Source: a virus
Taxonomy: Duplodnaviria > Caudoviricetes
Reading direction: 5' to 3' (one strand)
Length of the DNA stretch: 26,070 nt
IMG/VR virus record: IMGVR_UViG_3300020044_007772
Location: 1-26,070 of that record
The notes beneath the pieces were generated by a model. The model made no database searches and was not told where the DNA came from. It worked only from the letters and a program-made list of their open reading frames with translations. The translations under genes were made by a program, and so were the position numbers. Below, piece after piece: positions 7,076 to 15,728 of this stretch. How positions within the stretch are numbered: position 1 is the first letter of the stretch; every line of letters starts with the position of its first letter.

Positions 7076-8983
7076 CTAATCGGCCAGCATCCATGTGCCT
7101 GGGATGCCTTCGCGGATCCGCAGGGCGGCTTTTAATTCCTTCAGCGAACGCCGGATGCCGCGCGAGGCGTTATCGCGGCTCCCGCCGCTAATCCCAACAG
7201 CAGCCTGGCGCAGCTTTTCTTCCAGTACCTGCCCGCCATTAGCTTCCTTGAGCATTTGCAAAATCAAGACATCGTACTTACTGCCCATAGCGTTTGATCG
7301 AACCGAGGCCACGGCGTCGTGATACACGGCCACAAGGCTGGAAATCTCCTCGTTCTCCTCGTCCTTGCCAATGACCCGGCGCTCAAGATCAAAATACAGG
7401 CCCTTAACCTTGTCGCCGTCCTTCTGCTTGGTGACTTCCAAGCGGGCGTTCAGGGCCTCAGGGTCAGACCTGAAGCAGCCCAGCAGGAAGTCCACGTTGG
7501 CCGTGATGGCGCTCGACCCACGGGGCCGCTCGCTGGCGCTATGGCCGCTGTGGTGGATGACCAGGACGGTGGCCCCGAAAGGCTCGCGGATCTCGCTGTT
7601 TATCATGCGGAGATAGCTGGCGATGTCGCTAGAACTGTTCTCATCCCCGGCGAACGTCTGGGACAGGGTATCGATAACGATCAGCTTGGGGATTTCCGGC
7701 AGGGCAATGATAGAGGCGCGCAGCGCGGCCACTTCGTCTTTGGCTGACAGCAGGATCGGGATGGTGCAGACGCGGAAATTGCTAGGCGGCTCAACGCCCC
7801 CCTGCCAAGCCATGATGCGCTTGTATATGCCCGCCCCGCCTTCGGCGGCCATATATCCCACCGGCCCCGTTTCGGTCTTACGGCCCGTCCAGGGCAGCCC
7901 ATTGGCGACTGACAGGCACAGGTCTAGGGCAAGGAACGATTTAAACGTGCCAGACGCGCCAAACAGCATCCCCATGCTATCGGCAGGGATCAGGTTTTTG
8001 ACTAACCATTTGATATTCTTAGTGCTTTCGCCAAGCTCTGGGATGGTCTTCCAGTATGCGGCGACGTTAAGCGGCTCCTCTGGCTTTGGCGTGTACTTTT
8101 CCGCCCCTTGAACCATGCGAACAAGCTCATCGCCAAACCTATCGCGCCAACGGTCAAGGTCTGGGCCTTCTTGCTCTGGCTTAGACGCCAACATGATGGA
8201 GCGCAGGACATTGACGGTAGCGCCTACCTTCAGGCCGCTGGCGACCAAGCTGGCCGATAGCTTCATGAGCGGGTCGTGATATGATCGCTCGTCAAGGTTG
8301 GGGTTGATGATCGCCTTGAACAGATCAACGGCGTCGCCTGTGCCTTCTGGCTTGGGCTTCGGGGCAGACAGGCCGCGTTTAATCGCGTCAAGGTCTAGGC
8401 CGAATGTGGCGACGGCATCGGCTAGGCTGTAAACTTCGTCCAGGTTGCAGAACAGCAGCCGGGTTGACCACAGGCCGGTTTCCCGCTTTTTGGTATTGGT
8501 GCCTACCGGCAGACGGGCATACCGCACGGGGTTGTTGCCAGACGGATCGGCGGCAATCAGACCATCTGCCGCCATAGCGTGCAGCACGGCGTCAATGAGG
8601 GGCTGGTTCTTGGTATCTTCGTCCTCTGCGTCGAGCAGGATACCGATCTGGAACTTGCCGGGGCTAGTCTCCAAGGCGTAGCTAGAGGCCCCGTTTAAAG
8701 CCTTCAGGTCCGCATCGTCGGCCAGCAGGACGGCTAGGCGGCCAAAGTTATCCTTTGACCGGCGCTTCTGCCCGCCCTTTGGCAGCATAACGGAGACACA
8801 GAAATAGTTATTATCTTCACCACGCTTATTGATGACGACCTTTTGTGATTCCGTCCCTGCCCAGGAAGTGCCCGCCCATACACTAGGGGGCGCGTTACTG
8901 GGGTCGCTGGCAAAGGAAGTCGTCCAACCATAGTCGTCCCGCAATCTGCCATAGATGGCAGACAGGAACTCTGAATTGCGCAT
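7076..8983 (-). CDS. Primase-helicase (RepB-like primase domain plus AAA_25/RecA-family helicase)
   Basis: N-terminal LLADD...LETSPGKFQ...RYARLP; C-terminal Walker A GASGTFKS, Walker B IVIDTLS, and IHHSG...RGSSA. Confidence 0.88.
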   Translation of the reverse strand: MRNSEFLSAIYGRLRDDYGWTTSFASDPSNAPPSVWAGTSWAGTESQKVVINKRGEDNNYFCVSVMLPKGGQKRRSKDNFGRLAVLLADDADLKALNGASSYALETSPGKFQIGILLDAEDEDTKNQPLIDAVLHAMAADGLIAADPSGNNPVRYARLPVGTNTKKRETGLWSTRLLFCNLDEVYSLADAVATFGLDLDAIKRGLSAPKPKPEGTGDAVDLFKAIINPNLDERSYHDPLMKLSASLVASGLKVGATVNVLRSIMLASKPEQEGPDLDRWRDRFGDELVRMVQGAEKYTPKPEEPLNVAAYWKTIPELGESTKNIKWLVKNLIPADSMGMLFGASGTFKSFLALDLCLSVANGLPWTGRKTETGPVGYMAAEGGAGIYKRIMAWQGGVEPPSNFRVCTIPILLSAKDEVAALRASIIALPEIPKLIVIDTLSQTFAGDENSSSDIASYLRMINSEIREPFGATVLVIHHSGHSASERPRGSSAITANVDFLLGCFRSDPEALNARLEVTKQKDGDKVKGLYFDLERRVIGKDEENEEISSLVAVYHDAVASVRSNAMGSKYDVLILQMLKEANGGQVLEEKLRQAAVGISGGSRDNASRGIRRSLKELKAALRIREGIPGTWMLAD

Positions 8984-8995
8984 GGTAGCCTCTGT

Positions 8996-9223
8996 TTAAA
9001 CGCCGAAAAGGTCTTTAAGGCTGAGCTTGATCTTGCGCTTCTTGGCGTTGGCTATCAGGGCTTTCCAATGGGTCTGGGGGATTTTACCGGCTGTGCCTTC
9101 TGGGATTAACCAACGGCTGACTGAGCTTGGGGCGACGCTGAGGATTTTTGCTGTGGCTGTAACGCCGCCGAGGCGGCGAACGATAGAGTAGGCTGGTTCG
9201 CACCGACCTTTAATGTGTGACAT
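8996..9223 (-). CDS. Cro-like helix-turn-helix regulator
   Basis: IVRRLGGVTATAKILSVAPSSVSRW...GKIP is the pattern of Cro-like HTH proteins; first gene of a divergent unit. Confidence 0.8.
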   Translation of the reverse strand: MSHIKGRCEPAYSIVRRLGGVTATAKILSVAPSSVSRWLIPEGTAGKIPQTHWKALIANAKKRKIKLSLKDLFGV

Positions 9224-9359
9224 AAAAAATCCCTTTAGGTAGTGATTCGCTTAATATGCACGGCTGTGAATCGTGCGCAATAGACATTTTGTAAAATAAA
9301 CATATTGTAGTTTCCGCAAAAGGGGTGCTACGCATAGCGCGACTGATTTGGAGACCGCC
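9224..9359. promoter_or_regulatory. Divergent promoter region: leftward TTGCGC-N16-CATATT (9280-9253), rightward TTGTAG-N16-GCTACG (9305-9332); two GANTC sites
   Basis: AT-rich spacer between divergent operons; GATTC at 9244-9248 and GAATC at 9268-9272. Confidence 0.6.
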
Positions 9360-9752
9360 ATGACATCAAACACAGAAGCAGAACTGCAGCATCTGGCCGA
9401 GCGTTGGCTTGTCGCCAAGGACGCGGAGCGGGAAGCTAATGCAGAACGCTTGCGAATAGAAGACAAGATTTTGGCCCTGTTCCCCGCCAAGGAGGAAGGC
9501 TCGTCTAGCCGGACGCTGGCGAACGGCTATAAGCTCAAAACTATAGGCAAGCTGTCATATAAGGCTGACCTGGAGAAGCTGGCAAAGCTGACCGCAGACT
9601 GGGAAATCAAGCCTATCAAGCTGGAACCCAAGCTAGATGAGGCAATCCTGAAGCTGCTCAAGGCCAACCAGCCCGCTCTATGGAAGTACATAGCCGAAGC
9701 CGTCACAACCAAGCCCCTGAAAACCAGCGTAACCATTGAGGAAACAGAATAA
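9360..9752 (+). CDS. Conserved phage protein upstream of the Sak4-like gene (coiled-coil N-terminus)
   Basis: GGAG RBS; WLVAKDAEREAN...RLRIED; TAATG overlap with the next gene. Confidence 0.75.
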   Translation: MTSNTEAELQHLAERWLVAKDAEREANAERLRIEDKILALFPAKEEGSSSRTLANGYKLKTIGKLSYKADLEKLAKLTADWEIKPIKLEPKLDEAILKLLKANQPALWKYIAEAVTTKPLKTSVTIEETE

Positions 9753-10480
9753 TGGCATTTGACCTGAAGAGTATCCGTAAAAACGACGCAATGGCCGCGC
9801 CGCGCATCATGGTGTACGGCGTGGAAGGTATCGGCAAGTCAACATTTGGTGCCGGTGCGCCTAACCCGATCTATATCTTGACTGAGGACGGCCTAGGCTC
9901 GCTCAAGGTCGATCACTTCCCGCTGGCAACATCGTTCCAAGATGTGATGGACGCCATCTCCACGCTGTACAAAGAAAACAACGCCTTCGAGACTGTTATC
10001 ATTGACAGCTTGGACTGGCTTGAAGCTATCATCCAGCGCGAGATCGAGCAGAAGTACGACGCCAAGGACTTGGCCTACGGTAAGGGAAGCCTTATCGCTG
10101 CCGAGAAGTGGCGTGAAATCCTCGACGGCCTCAATGCCCTGCGTAATGACAAAGGCATGGCGGTCATCTTGATCGCGCACACAACGATTAAACGCTTTGA
10201 CAGCCCTGAAGTCGAACCTTATGACCGCTACCAGCCCAAGTTACAGGAACGCAGCAACGCTGTGGTTCGTGAGTGGGCTGATGCTGTCCTGTTCGCCAAC
10301 TATAAGACCATCGTGAAGAAGGACGATGTGGGCTTTAACCAGACCAACAATCGCGGCATCTCGACGGGCGAGCGGTTGTTATTTACGAGCGAGCGCCCCG
10401 CTTACATGGCGAAAAATCGCTACAACATGCCTGAAAGCATCCCGTTGTCGTGGGACGCATTTGCCGAAGCCATCAGCTAA
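9752..10480 (+). CDS. Sak4-like (AAA_24) ATPase / single-strand annealing protein
   Basis: YGVEGIGKS Walker A, VIIDSLDWLE Walker B, ILIAH, EWADAVLFA and AKNR motifs. Confidence 0.88.
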   Translation: MAFDLKSIRKNDAMAAPRIMVYGVEGIGKSTFGAGAPNPIYILTEDGLGSLKVDHFPLATSFQDVMDAISTLYKENNAFETVIIDSLDWLEAIIQREIEQKYDAKDLAYGKGSLIAAEKWREILDGLNALRNDKGMAVILIAHTTIKRFDSPEVEPYDRYQPKLQERSNAVVREWADAVLFANYKTIVKKDDVGFNQTNNRGISTGERLLFTSERPAYMAKNRYNMPESIPLSWDAFAEAIS

Positions 10481-10497
10481 CCCAAAGGAACAAACCC

Positions 10498-10947
10498 ATG
10501 CCTGTATTTGACTTTGACGTTTCTACCTACGAAGCCCCCAAGCGCACCAGCTTTGAACCGCTGCCGCCCGGTGACTACAATGCCATGATTACTGACAGCC
10601 AGATGAAGGCCACCAAGGCCGGAACCGGCGAGTACCTGGAACTTACCATGCAGATCATCGACGGCGCTCACTCTGGTCGCCGCATCTGGGAACGCCTGAA
10701 TGTGGTGAACGCCAGCAAGGTGGCCGAGGAGATTGCCCGTTCGCAGTTGAACGGCATCAAGGCGGCTTGCAATATTGAGAAGCTGGAAAGCAGCGAGCAG
10801 TTGCATGACATCCCGTTCGTGATCTCGCTGGACATTGACCGCCGTGAGCCGACCCGTAACAAGGTCATGGGCTATACGTCAGTCGCCAAGGCCCCCCGCC
10901 AGACCGTTGCCGTGACTTCCGGAAAGAAGCCCTGGGAGCGTAAGTGA
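10498..10947 (+). CDS. DUF669-like single-stranded DNA-binding protein
   Basis: FEPLPPGDY...G.YLEL...GRRIWERLN motif and a PW-containing tail; typical partner of Sak4. Confidence 0.82.
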   Translation: MPVFDFDVSTYEAPKRTSFEPLPPGDYNAMITDSQMKATKAGTGEYLELTMQIIDGAHSGRRIWERLNVVNASKVAEEIARSQLNGIKAACNIEKLESSEQLHDIPFVISLDIDRREPTRNKVMGYTSVAKAPRQTVAVTSGKKPWERK

Positions 10948-11960
10948 TGCCCCCCTTGCCCGAATCCATGCACACCACGGCTCGCAAGATTTACGAGTGG
11001 TACGAGAGTAAAAAAGAAGACCACCGCGAGCATCTTGGCGCGTCATTGATCGGGCATCACTGTGACCGTTATCTCTGGCTTACATTCCGTTGGGCTGCGT
11101 CCCCCCAGTTTGGGGGGCGCGTCCTTCGGTTGTTCAATACCGGCAAGCGCGAGGAGGCGCGTGTCTATGAAGAACTACGATCCATCGGCGTGGAACTACA
11201 CACCGACGAAGACGGCAAGCAAATTAGCTGCCGCGATGATACCGGCCACTTTGGCGGTAGCCTTGACGGTGTTGGCCTTGGCTTTCCTGAAGGGCCGAAG
11301 ACTTGGGCTGTACTAGAGATCAAGACCGCCAACGATAAGGCATTCACCGCCCTGAAGGCCAAGGGCGTCCAAGCCGAGAAGCCACAGCACTACGCCCAGA
11401 TGCAGACCTACATGGGCATGATGAAGCTGGACCGCGCCATGTATATCTGCGTGAACAAGAACACGGATGACATGCATACCGAATGGGTGCATTTCAACAA
11501 AGAGACATACAGGGATTTGCTGGCACGGGCAGAGCGTACAATCAGTCGTACCACGCCCGCCGACAAGATCAGCCAGGACCCGACGCACTGGCTGTGCAAG
11601 ATGTGCGATATGTACAAGCTGTGCCACCAGCAGGAGCCAGCCGAGGCCAACTGTCGGACCTGCTGCCATTCCACGCCCAAGGAAGACGGCAAGTGGCATT
11701 GCCATGAGTATGACAAGGAACTGTCAGCCGATGCCCAGCGCAAGGGCTGTGATAGCCACCTATTCATCCCGGCCCTGGTGCATGGGACGCCTGTCGATGG
11801 CGGCGTGAACTTTGTCGAGTACTTGCTGGAAGGCGAGACATTCAAGAACGGCCCCGCCCATGTGAGCAGCCGTGAAGTGGTTAAACGCGGGCGCAAGAAA
11901 TCAGAGACCAAGCAAGATGTGACAGGGCTTGACGGCTTTAACGACGACATTCCGTTTTGA
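10947..11960 (+). CDS. Cas4-like PD-(D/E)xK exonuclease
   Basis: HLGASLIGHHC, GSLDG...LEIKT, QMQTYM, and C-terminal CKMC...C and CRTC cysteine clusters. Confidence 0.85.
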   Translation: MPPLPESMHTTARKIYEWYESKKEDHREHLGASLIGHHCDRYLWLTFRWAASPQFGGRVLRLFNTGKREEARVYEELRSIGVELHTDEDGKQISCRDDTGHFGGSLDGVGLGFPEGPKTWAVLEIKTANDKAFTALKAKGVQAEKPQHYAQMQTYMGMMKLDRAMYICVNKNTDDMHTEWVHFNKETYRDLLARAERTISRTTPADKISQDPTHWLCKMCDMYKLCHQQEPAEANCRTCCHSTPKEDGKWHCHEYDKELSADAQRKGCDSHLFIPALVHGTPVDGGVNFVEYLLEGETFKNGPAHVSSREVVKRGRKKSETKQDVTGLDGFNDDIPF

Positions 11961-11970
11961 GGAATTAACC

Positions 11971-12192
11971 ATGTTTGACAGACGTTTAGACCCGAAAAAA
12001 GATACAAAACTTCAGAATATCATTCTGGAAATTCAGCATCGTGATGATGACCGGGTATATATCCGACACAATGCCAAGTCTGTTGAGTTGATACAGTATA
12101 GCGCGGAGCGCGGCATGAGCCGCAAGGCTATGGAAAAGATTTGGTCCCTCCGGCTGTTGAACCTGGTGCTGGGACATGAGGAGCCAAAATGA
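11971..12192 (+). CDS. Hypothetical protein (73 aa)
   Basis: GAGGA RBS; ATGA overlap with the next gene. Confidence 0.7.
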   Translation: MFDRRLDPKKDTKLQNIILEIQHRDDDRVYIRHNAKSVELIQYSAERGMSRKAMEKIWSLRLLNLVLGHEEPK

Positions 12193-12431
12193 CTGAGGAC
12201 AATGTTGTTTCCATCGGCGGGGCAACCAAGCTGGACTTACCGCCCGACAAGGTTCTTCAAGCCGCGACAGGCATTGGGATGGAGGCAGCAATTGTGGTCG
12301 GTATGGATGCAGAGGGAGAGTTCTACTTCGCCAGCTCGTTATCGAATTGCATGGAAGTTTCGTTCCTGCTGGACGCTGGCAGAGACTTTTTGATGAGCGA
12401 ATGGTGGAAGCGCCAGCGCGGTGAAAGCTGA
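12189..12431 (+). CDS. Hypothetical protein (80 aa)
   Basis: Coupled start; NVVSIGG.T.LDLPPDKVL motif. Confidence 0.75.
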   Translation: MTEDNVVSIGGATKLDLPPDKVLQAATGIGMEAAIVVGMDAEGEFYFASSLSNCMEVSFLLDAGRDFLMSEWWKRQRGES

Positions 12432-12443
12432 AACGGAGCCCAA

Positions 12444-12689
12444 ATGACCGACATGATTGAACGCGTGGCGCAGGCCATCCTTGCCAAAGACCCTGAGGGG
12501 ATGTTCTCGATCCACTACGCGCGGGTTTACGCCAAGGCCGCCATTGCCGCCATGCGGGAGCCTACTGAAAAAATGATTGACGCAGGTTCTAAAGAACAAC
12601 GAAATATATTGTCAAAGCCAATCGAAGGCATCTGGACATCCATGATCGACGCCGCGCTGGAATGTTCTACGAAACAGACTGAGAAATAA
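12444..12689 (+). CDS. Hypothetical protein (MIERVA...AAIAAMREPT...MIDAAL type)
   Basis: GGAG RBS; motif pattern frequent in alphaproteobacterial phages. Confidence 0.75.
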   Translation: MTDMIERVAQAILAKDPEGMFSIHYARVYAKAAIAAMREPTEKMIDAGSKEQRNILSKPIEGIWTSMIDAALECSTKQTEK

Positions 12690-12701
12690 AGGAGCATCGC
12701 G

Positions 12702-13016
12702 GTGCCGTCTCATAAGCGCGTAGCCAAGGCTATGGACCCGACTAAGGCGATGAACAGCGCCATTGCGATGGACTGTGGCAAGGAAATGGTCGCCTATCTT
12801 GAGGTGATGTACCCCGATGTTTTCGAGAAGATGAACAGCGGGTGTAAACTCTCGATCCGCAATCACATTCACAATGACATCATCGCGGCGCTGGAAATCC
12901 AAGGCACGGCGAACCATCTGGAACGCCTCAAAGAGCGGGCCGACTTCCGGCGCAAATGGGTTGCCGCATACCGCAACATTCGCCGCAATCGTCCGAAGAA
13001 ACTAGAAGCCAAATAA
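12702..13016 (+). CDS. Hypothetical protein (104 aa)
   Basis: AAGGAG RBS before a GTG start. Confidence 0.75.
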   Translation: MPSHKRVAKAMDPTKAMNSAIAMDCGKEMVAYLEVMYPDVFEKMNSGCKLSIRNHIHNDIIAALEIQGTANHLERLKERADFRRKWVAAYRNIRRNRPKKLEAK

Positions 13017-13029
13017 GGAGCCCAAAGCC

Positions 13030-13311
13030 ATGCCCCGAATTGCCCTTGTCTGGACGGCAGACAGCAGCTTTCCGCAGATCATCGCTGAGGGCGATGTTGA
13101 AGTTTTTAGTGTGGACGAACTTTACCCCAATGACCGGGTTTACCGGATGGGGCCCGGCGTCAAGCGCGTCTCCAGCATCGAGTTCGATGTCTTGGTGGCC
13201 GGGCCCGTCCATGAGGCTGGCGATAAGCCGATTGTCGAGCAGGCCATCCGCGCCAAGCTGGCTGCTGGCCCCAGTGGCAAGCCAAACCTTTCAATCGTCA
13301 ACCCGGAATAG
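13030..13311 (+). CDS. Hypothetical protein (93 aa)
   Basis: TAAGGAG RBS. Confidence 0.75.
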   Translation: MPRIALVWTADSSFPQIIAEGDVEVFSVDELYPNDRVYRMGPGVKRVSSIEFDVLVAGPVHEAGDKPIVEQAIRAKLAAGPSGKPNLSIVNPE

Positions 13312-13324
13312 TGGATCCATCACC

Positions 13325-13504
13325 ATGCCTAACATTGTTATCTGGCTTTTCGGTTTCATCACAGGCGGCAGCATCGTCGCGCTGCTTTTCGCCATTCGGA
13401 AATTGGAGGGTAAATTGACCAAGCATGGGCGTGGTAACTCAGGGGTAGAGAGACATGGAGAGAGCGGGCTTTCGACCGCATTCCATCGGTGTCAGAGGCT
13501 TTGA
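13325..13504 (+). CDS. Possible small membrane protein (59 aa)
   Basis: MPNIVIWLFGFITGGSIVALLFAIRK has a hydrophobic N-terminus; weak RBS. Confidence 0.45.
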   Translation: MPNIVIWLFGFITGGSIVALLFAIRKLEGKLTKHGRGNSGVERHGESGLSTAFHRCQRL

Positions 13505-13511
13505 AAGAACA

Positions 13512-13982
13512 ATGATTATCCTAGGCATAGATCCAGGCTTATCCGGAGCAATGGTGTTCTTGAATACGGCAGACAATACCATTGCCGTAGAAGACATGCC
13601 GACAGTCGAGGTCAAGCGCAACAACAAGCTAAAGCGCGAAGTCAGCCCTCAGCTGGTCGCGGCCATGATTATCAAACGCCATGTGGACGCTGCCTTTCTG
13701 GAAAAGGTCAATGCCATGGCCGGGCAGGGCGTCAGCAGTGTATTCAGCTTTGGCCGCTCTGCTGGGATTATGGAAGGCGTATTGGCGGCGTTTGATATTC
13801 CGACCACGCTCGTCACGCCCCAGGCGTGGCAGAAGGCCATGAATGTCAGGGACGGCAAGGATGGCAGCCGGGAGCGGGCTATGCAGCTATTCCCCGCCAG
13901 CGCCGAGCTATTTCAGCGCAAGAAGGACGATGGGCGGTCTGATGCGGCCCTTATAGCCAAATACGGGGCGCAAACGACATGA
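13512..13982 (+). CDS. ruvC: RuvC-like Holliday junction resolvase
   Basis: ILGIDPG, FLEKV, FSFG, VTPQAWQK and DGRSDAALIA RNase H-fold motifs. Confidence 0.88.
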   Translation: MIILGIDPGLSGAMVFLNTADNTIAVEDMPTVEVKRNNKLKREVSPQLVAAMIIKRHVDAAFLEKVNAMAGQGVSSVFSFGRSAGIMEGVLAAFDIPTTLVTPQAWQKAMNVRDGKDGSRERAMQLFPASAELFQRKKDDGRSDAALIAKYGAQTT

Positions 13983-14134
13983 AATCCATCCGGGTGACAA
14001 TAGATTTTGACGTTGAATACGACGACACTCAGCCTGGTGCGTTTGAGCAGGCTATGAGCATCGTCGATGAATTGCTCAATATTGAGATTGATCTAGACGC
14101 GGTAAAGGTTGTCCAAAGCAGGAGTTATTCCTAA
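13979..14134 (+). CDS. Small acidic hypothetical protein (51 aa); not in the ORF track
   Basis: ATGA overlap with ruvC and TAATG overlap with gcrA; MKSIRVTIDFDVEYDD... Confidence 0.7.
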   Translation: MKSIRVTIDFDVEYDDTQPGAFEQAMSIVDELLNIEIDLDAVKVVQSRSYS

Positions 14135-14556
14135 TGTGGACAAAAGATGTCATTGCCAAGTTGGTAAAGCTGGCCGCGCAAGGGCTTAGTTATACCGAAA
14201 TCGGCAAGGCCCTGGGGATCACCAAGAACGCGGCCATCGGCAAGGCCCGCCGCTTGCGCATTTCCAAGCGCCCTTCAGAGTCTGTCATTAAGCAGCGCAA
14301 GCCCACGCCTAAACCTAAGCAAAAGCCCGCCCCCAAGCCGCCTACGCCGCTAGAAAAGGAAACCATGCTGACGGGCATGAAATTCGTCAGCATGATGGAC
14401 TTGAAAGACAACCATTGCCGTTATCCCATTGACAAAGATGGCAAAACGGTTTTCTGTGGTTTGCCCAAATTTAAGAAGTCGTTCTGCCAGGAGCATGGCG
14501 CTAAGTGCTATATGCCACCTAAGCCATTGCCTCCCCATTCCGGGCGAAGGACTTAG
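14134..14556 (+). CDS. gcrA: GcrA-like cell-cycle transcriptional regulator
   Basis: N-terminal HTH WT...GLSYTEIGKALGITKNAAIGKARRL, Pro/Lys linker, C-terminal L...CRYPI...FCG...FCQEH. Confidence 0.88.
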   Translation: MWTKDVIAKLVKLAAQGLSYTEIGKALGITKNAAIGKARRLRISKRPSESVIKQRKPTPKPKQKPAPKPPTPLEKETMLTGMKFVSMMDLKDNHCRYPIDKDGKTVFCGLPKFKKSFCQEHGAKCYMPPKPLPPHSGRRT

Positions 14557-15049
14557 CCTCCATCTCGACTTCAGCCACCCGCTTGCCCCAGCCTTTGCCA
14601 AACGTGGCCCAGGTCGGCAAAGATTGTAGGAATTCTAATCTACGCTGACTGTAATCTTCGATAAACTCGACCGGATCGGCCCCGCAGATAGCCGCCAAGG
14701 TCTTCGGGCCAAGGCTGCCATCGACCTTCTGATGCAGGACGTACTGGGCCAGCTTGACCGCCCTGCTAGGCCCGGAATTGACCGCGCAATCGAACAGGCA
14801 ATAGTCCACCCCATGCGGCAGGGTATCGCCGTGGATGGCGTCCCAATAGCGGGCTTTATAGACAGGCTGGACGGCATCCTGCGTCAGGGCGCGCATATCC
14901 GCCTCCGACGCTGACTTGCCCGTGTGGGCGTCCCAGACGGCCTTGGTAACGCCCAGATTGGTCATCCCGCCCGGGTCTTTGGGATGGTTCACAAAGCCGC
15001 CTTCGTGCCGGAGCAGGAGGCGCATGGCAAATTCAAAGGTCGATTTCAT
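14519..15049 (-). CDS. Endolysin, glycoside hydrolase family 108 with peptidoglycan-binding C-terminus
   Basis: HEGGFVNHPKDPGGMTNLGVT, FDCAVNSG, DGSLGPKTL and FGKGWGKR motifs. Confidence 0.92.
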   Translation of the reverse strand: MKSTFEFAMRLLLRHEGGFVNHPKDPGGMTNLGVTKAVWDAHTGKSASEADMRALTQDAVQPVYKARYWDAIHGDTLPHGVDYCLFDCAVNSGPSRAVKLAQYVLHQKVDGSLGPKTLAAICGADPVEFIEDYSQRRLEFLQSLPTWATFGKGWGKRVAEVEMEAKSFARNGEAMA

Positions 15050-15303
15050 TTACCCTTCTGCTCCAACAGCATAACGCGAACGTGTAAGTCGTTGATTTCG
15101 CGCTTTAATTCTTCTTTCAGGTTAGCGCGACGTTCAGCGGAAAGCGGGGAGTCCGTGGGGACGCCTTCCTTGGTGATAAGGGCTGGCATAGCCGCTTCAA
15201 CCTTAACCAGCCGCTCGTTGGCCGACGACACTTGCCCCAGCAGCCAAGCCAGCGCCGCGACGATGATCGGGATTACCGCTTTGAGAACGTCTGACCAACC
15301 CAT
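15046..15303 (-). CDS. Membrane-anchored coiled-coil protein of the lysis cassette
   Basis: N-terminal hydrophobic helix; between holin and endolysin; ATGA overlap. Confidence 0.7.
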   Translation of the reverse strand: MGWSDVLKAVIPIIVAALAWLLGQVSSANERLVKVEAAMPALITKEGVPTDSPLSAERRANLKEELKREINDLHVRVMLLEQKGK

Positions 15304-15310
15304 GCCCCAC

Positions 15311-15721
15311 CTATTTCTTGTTCAGGGCTTCAGCAACGGACGGCACAATCTTCTCGACTGACCGGCCAATAACATACCCACCCAGGCCAAGCTGCACGAT
15401 ATCCCACAATTTGAGATACTCAGCTTCCTGCAAGTTAGGCGCAGCAAAGCCAAACCACCGGGCCGTAATCAGGGCCACAAAGACCAGCATGGTGATCGGA
15501 CGCCAGCTAGAGGCCAGAAACCCGCCCGCAGCCTCAGTCTTGATGATGTCAGCCGCGCCCTTGGCAAGGTCGGTCTGGGCAGCCATGACCGCAAGATCGC
15601 CAGCCTGGTACAGGCGCATCAGTTCCAGCTTGGCCGCGTCCTTCTGGGCAGGATCAGGCCAAACGCGGTCAATAACCTTGCCGCCTATATCAAGGGCAGC
15701 CGAGACTGGATCAAAAGCCAT
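15311..15721 (-). CDS. Holin (GTA/3TM holin-like)
   Basis: KVIDRVWPDP...SSWRP, followed by hydrophobic segments and LGGYVIGRSVEK. Confidence 0.85.
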   Translation of the reverse strand: MAFDPVSAALDIGGKVIDRVWPDPAQKDAAKLELMRLYQAGDLAVMAAQTDLAKGAADIIKTEAAGGFLASSWRPITMLVFVALITARWFGFAAPNLQEAEYLKLWDIVQLGLGGYVIGRSVEKIVPSVAEALNKK

Positions 15722-15728
15722 GTGTCAC

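Noticed and set aside
11408-12007. 199-aa antisense ORF over the Cas4-like gene
   Set aside because: Ser-rich shadow translation with no RBS or domain.
13428-13507. tRNA-like sequence (TAACTCAGGGGTAGAG resembles a D-arm, followed by a long imperfect hairpin)
   Set aside because: No proper anticodon arm, no TTCGA T-arm with a closing stem and no 3' acceptor strand; at most a remnant or an unrelated RNA hairpin.
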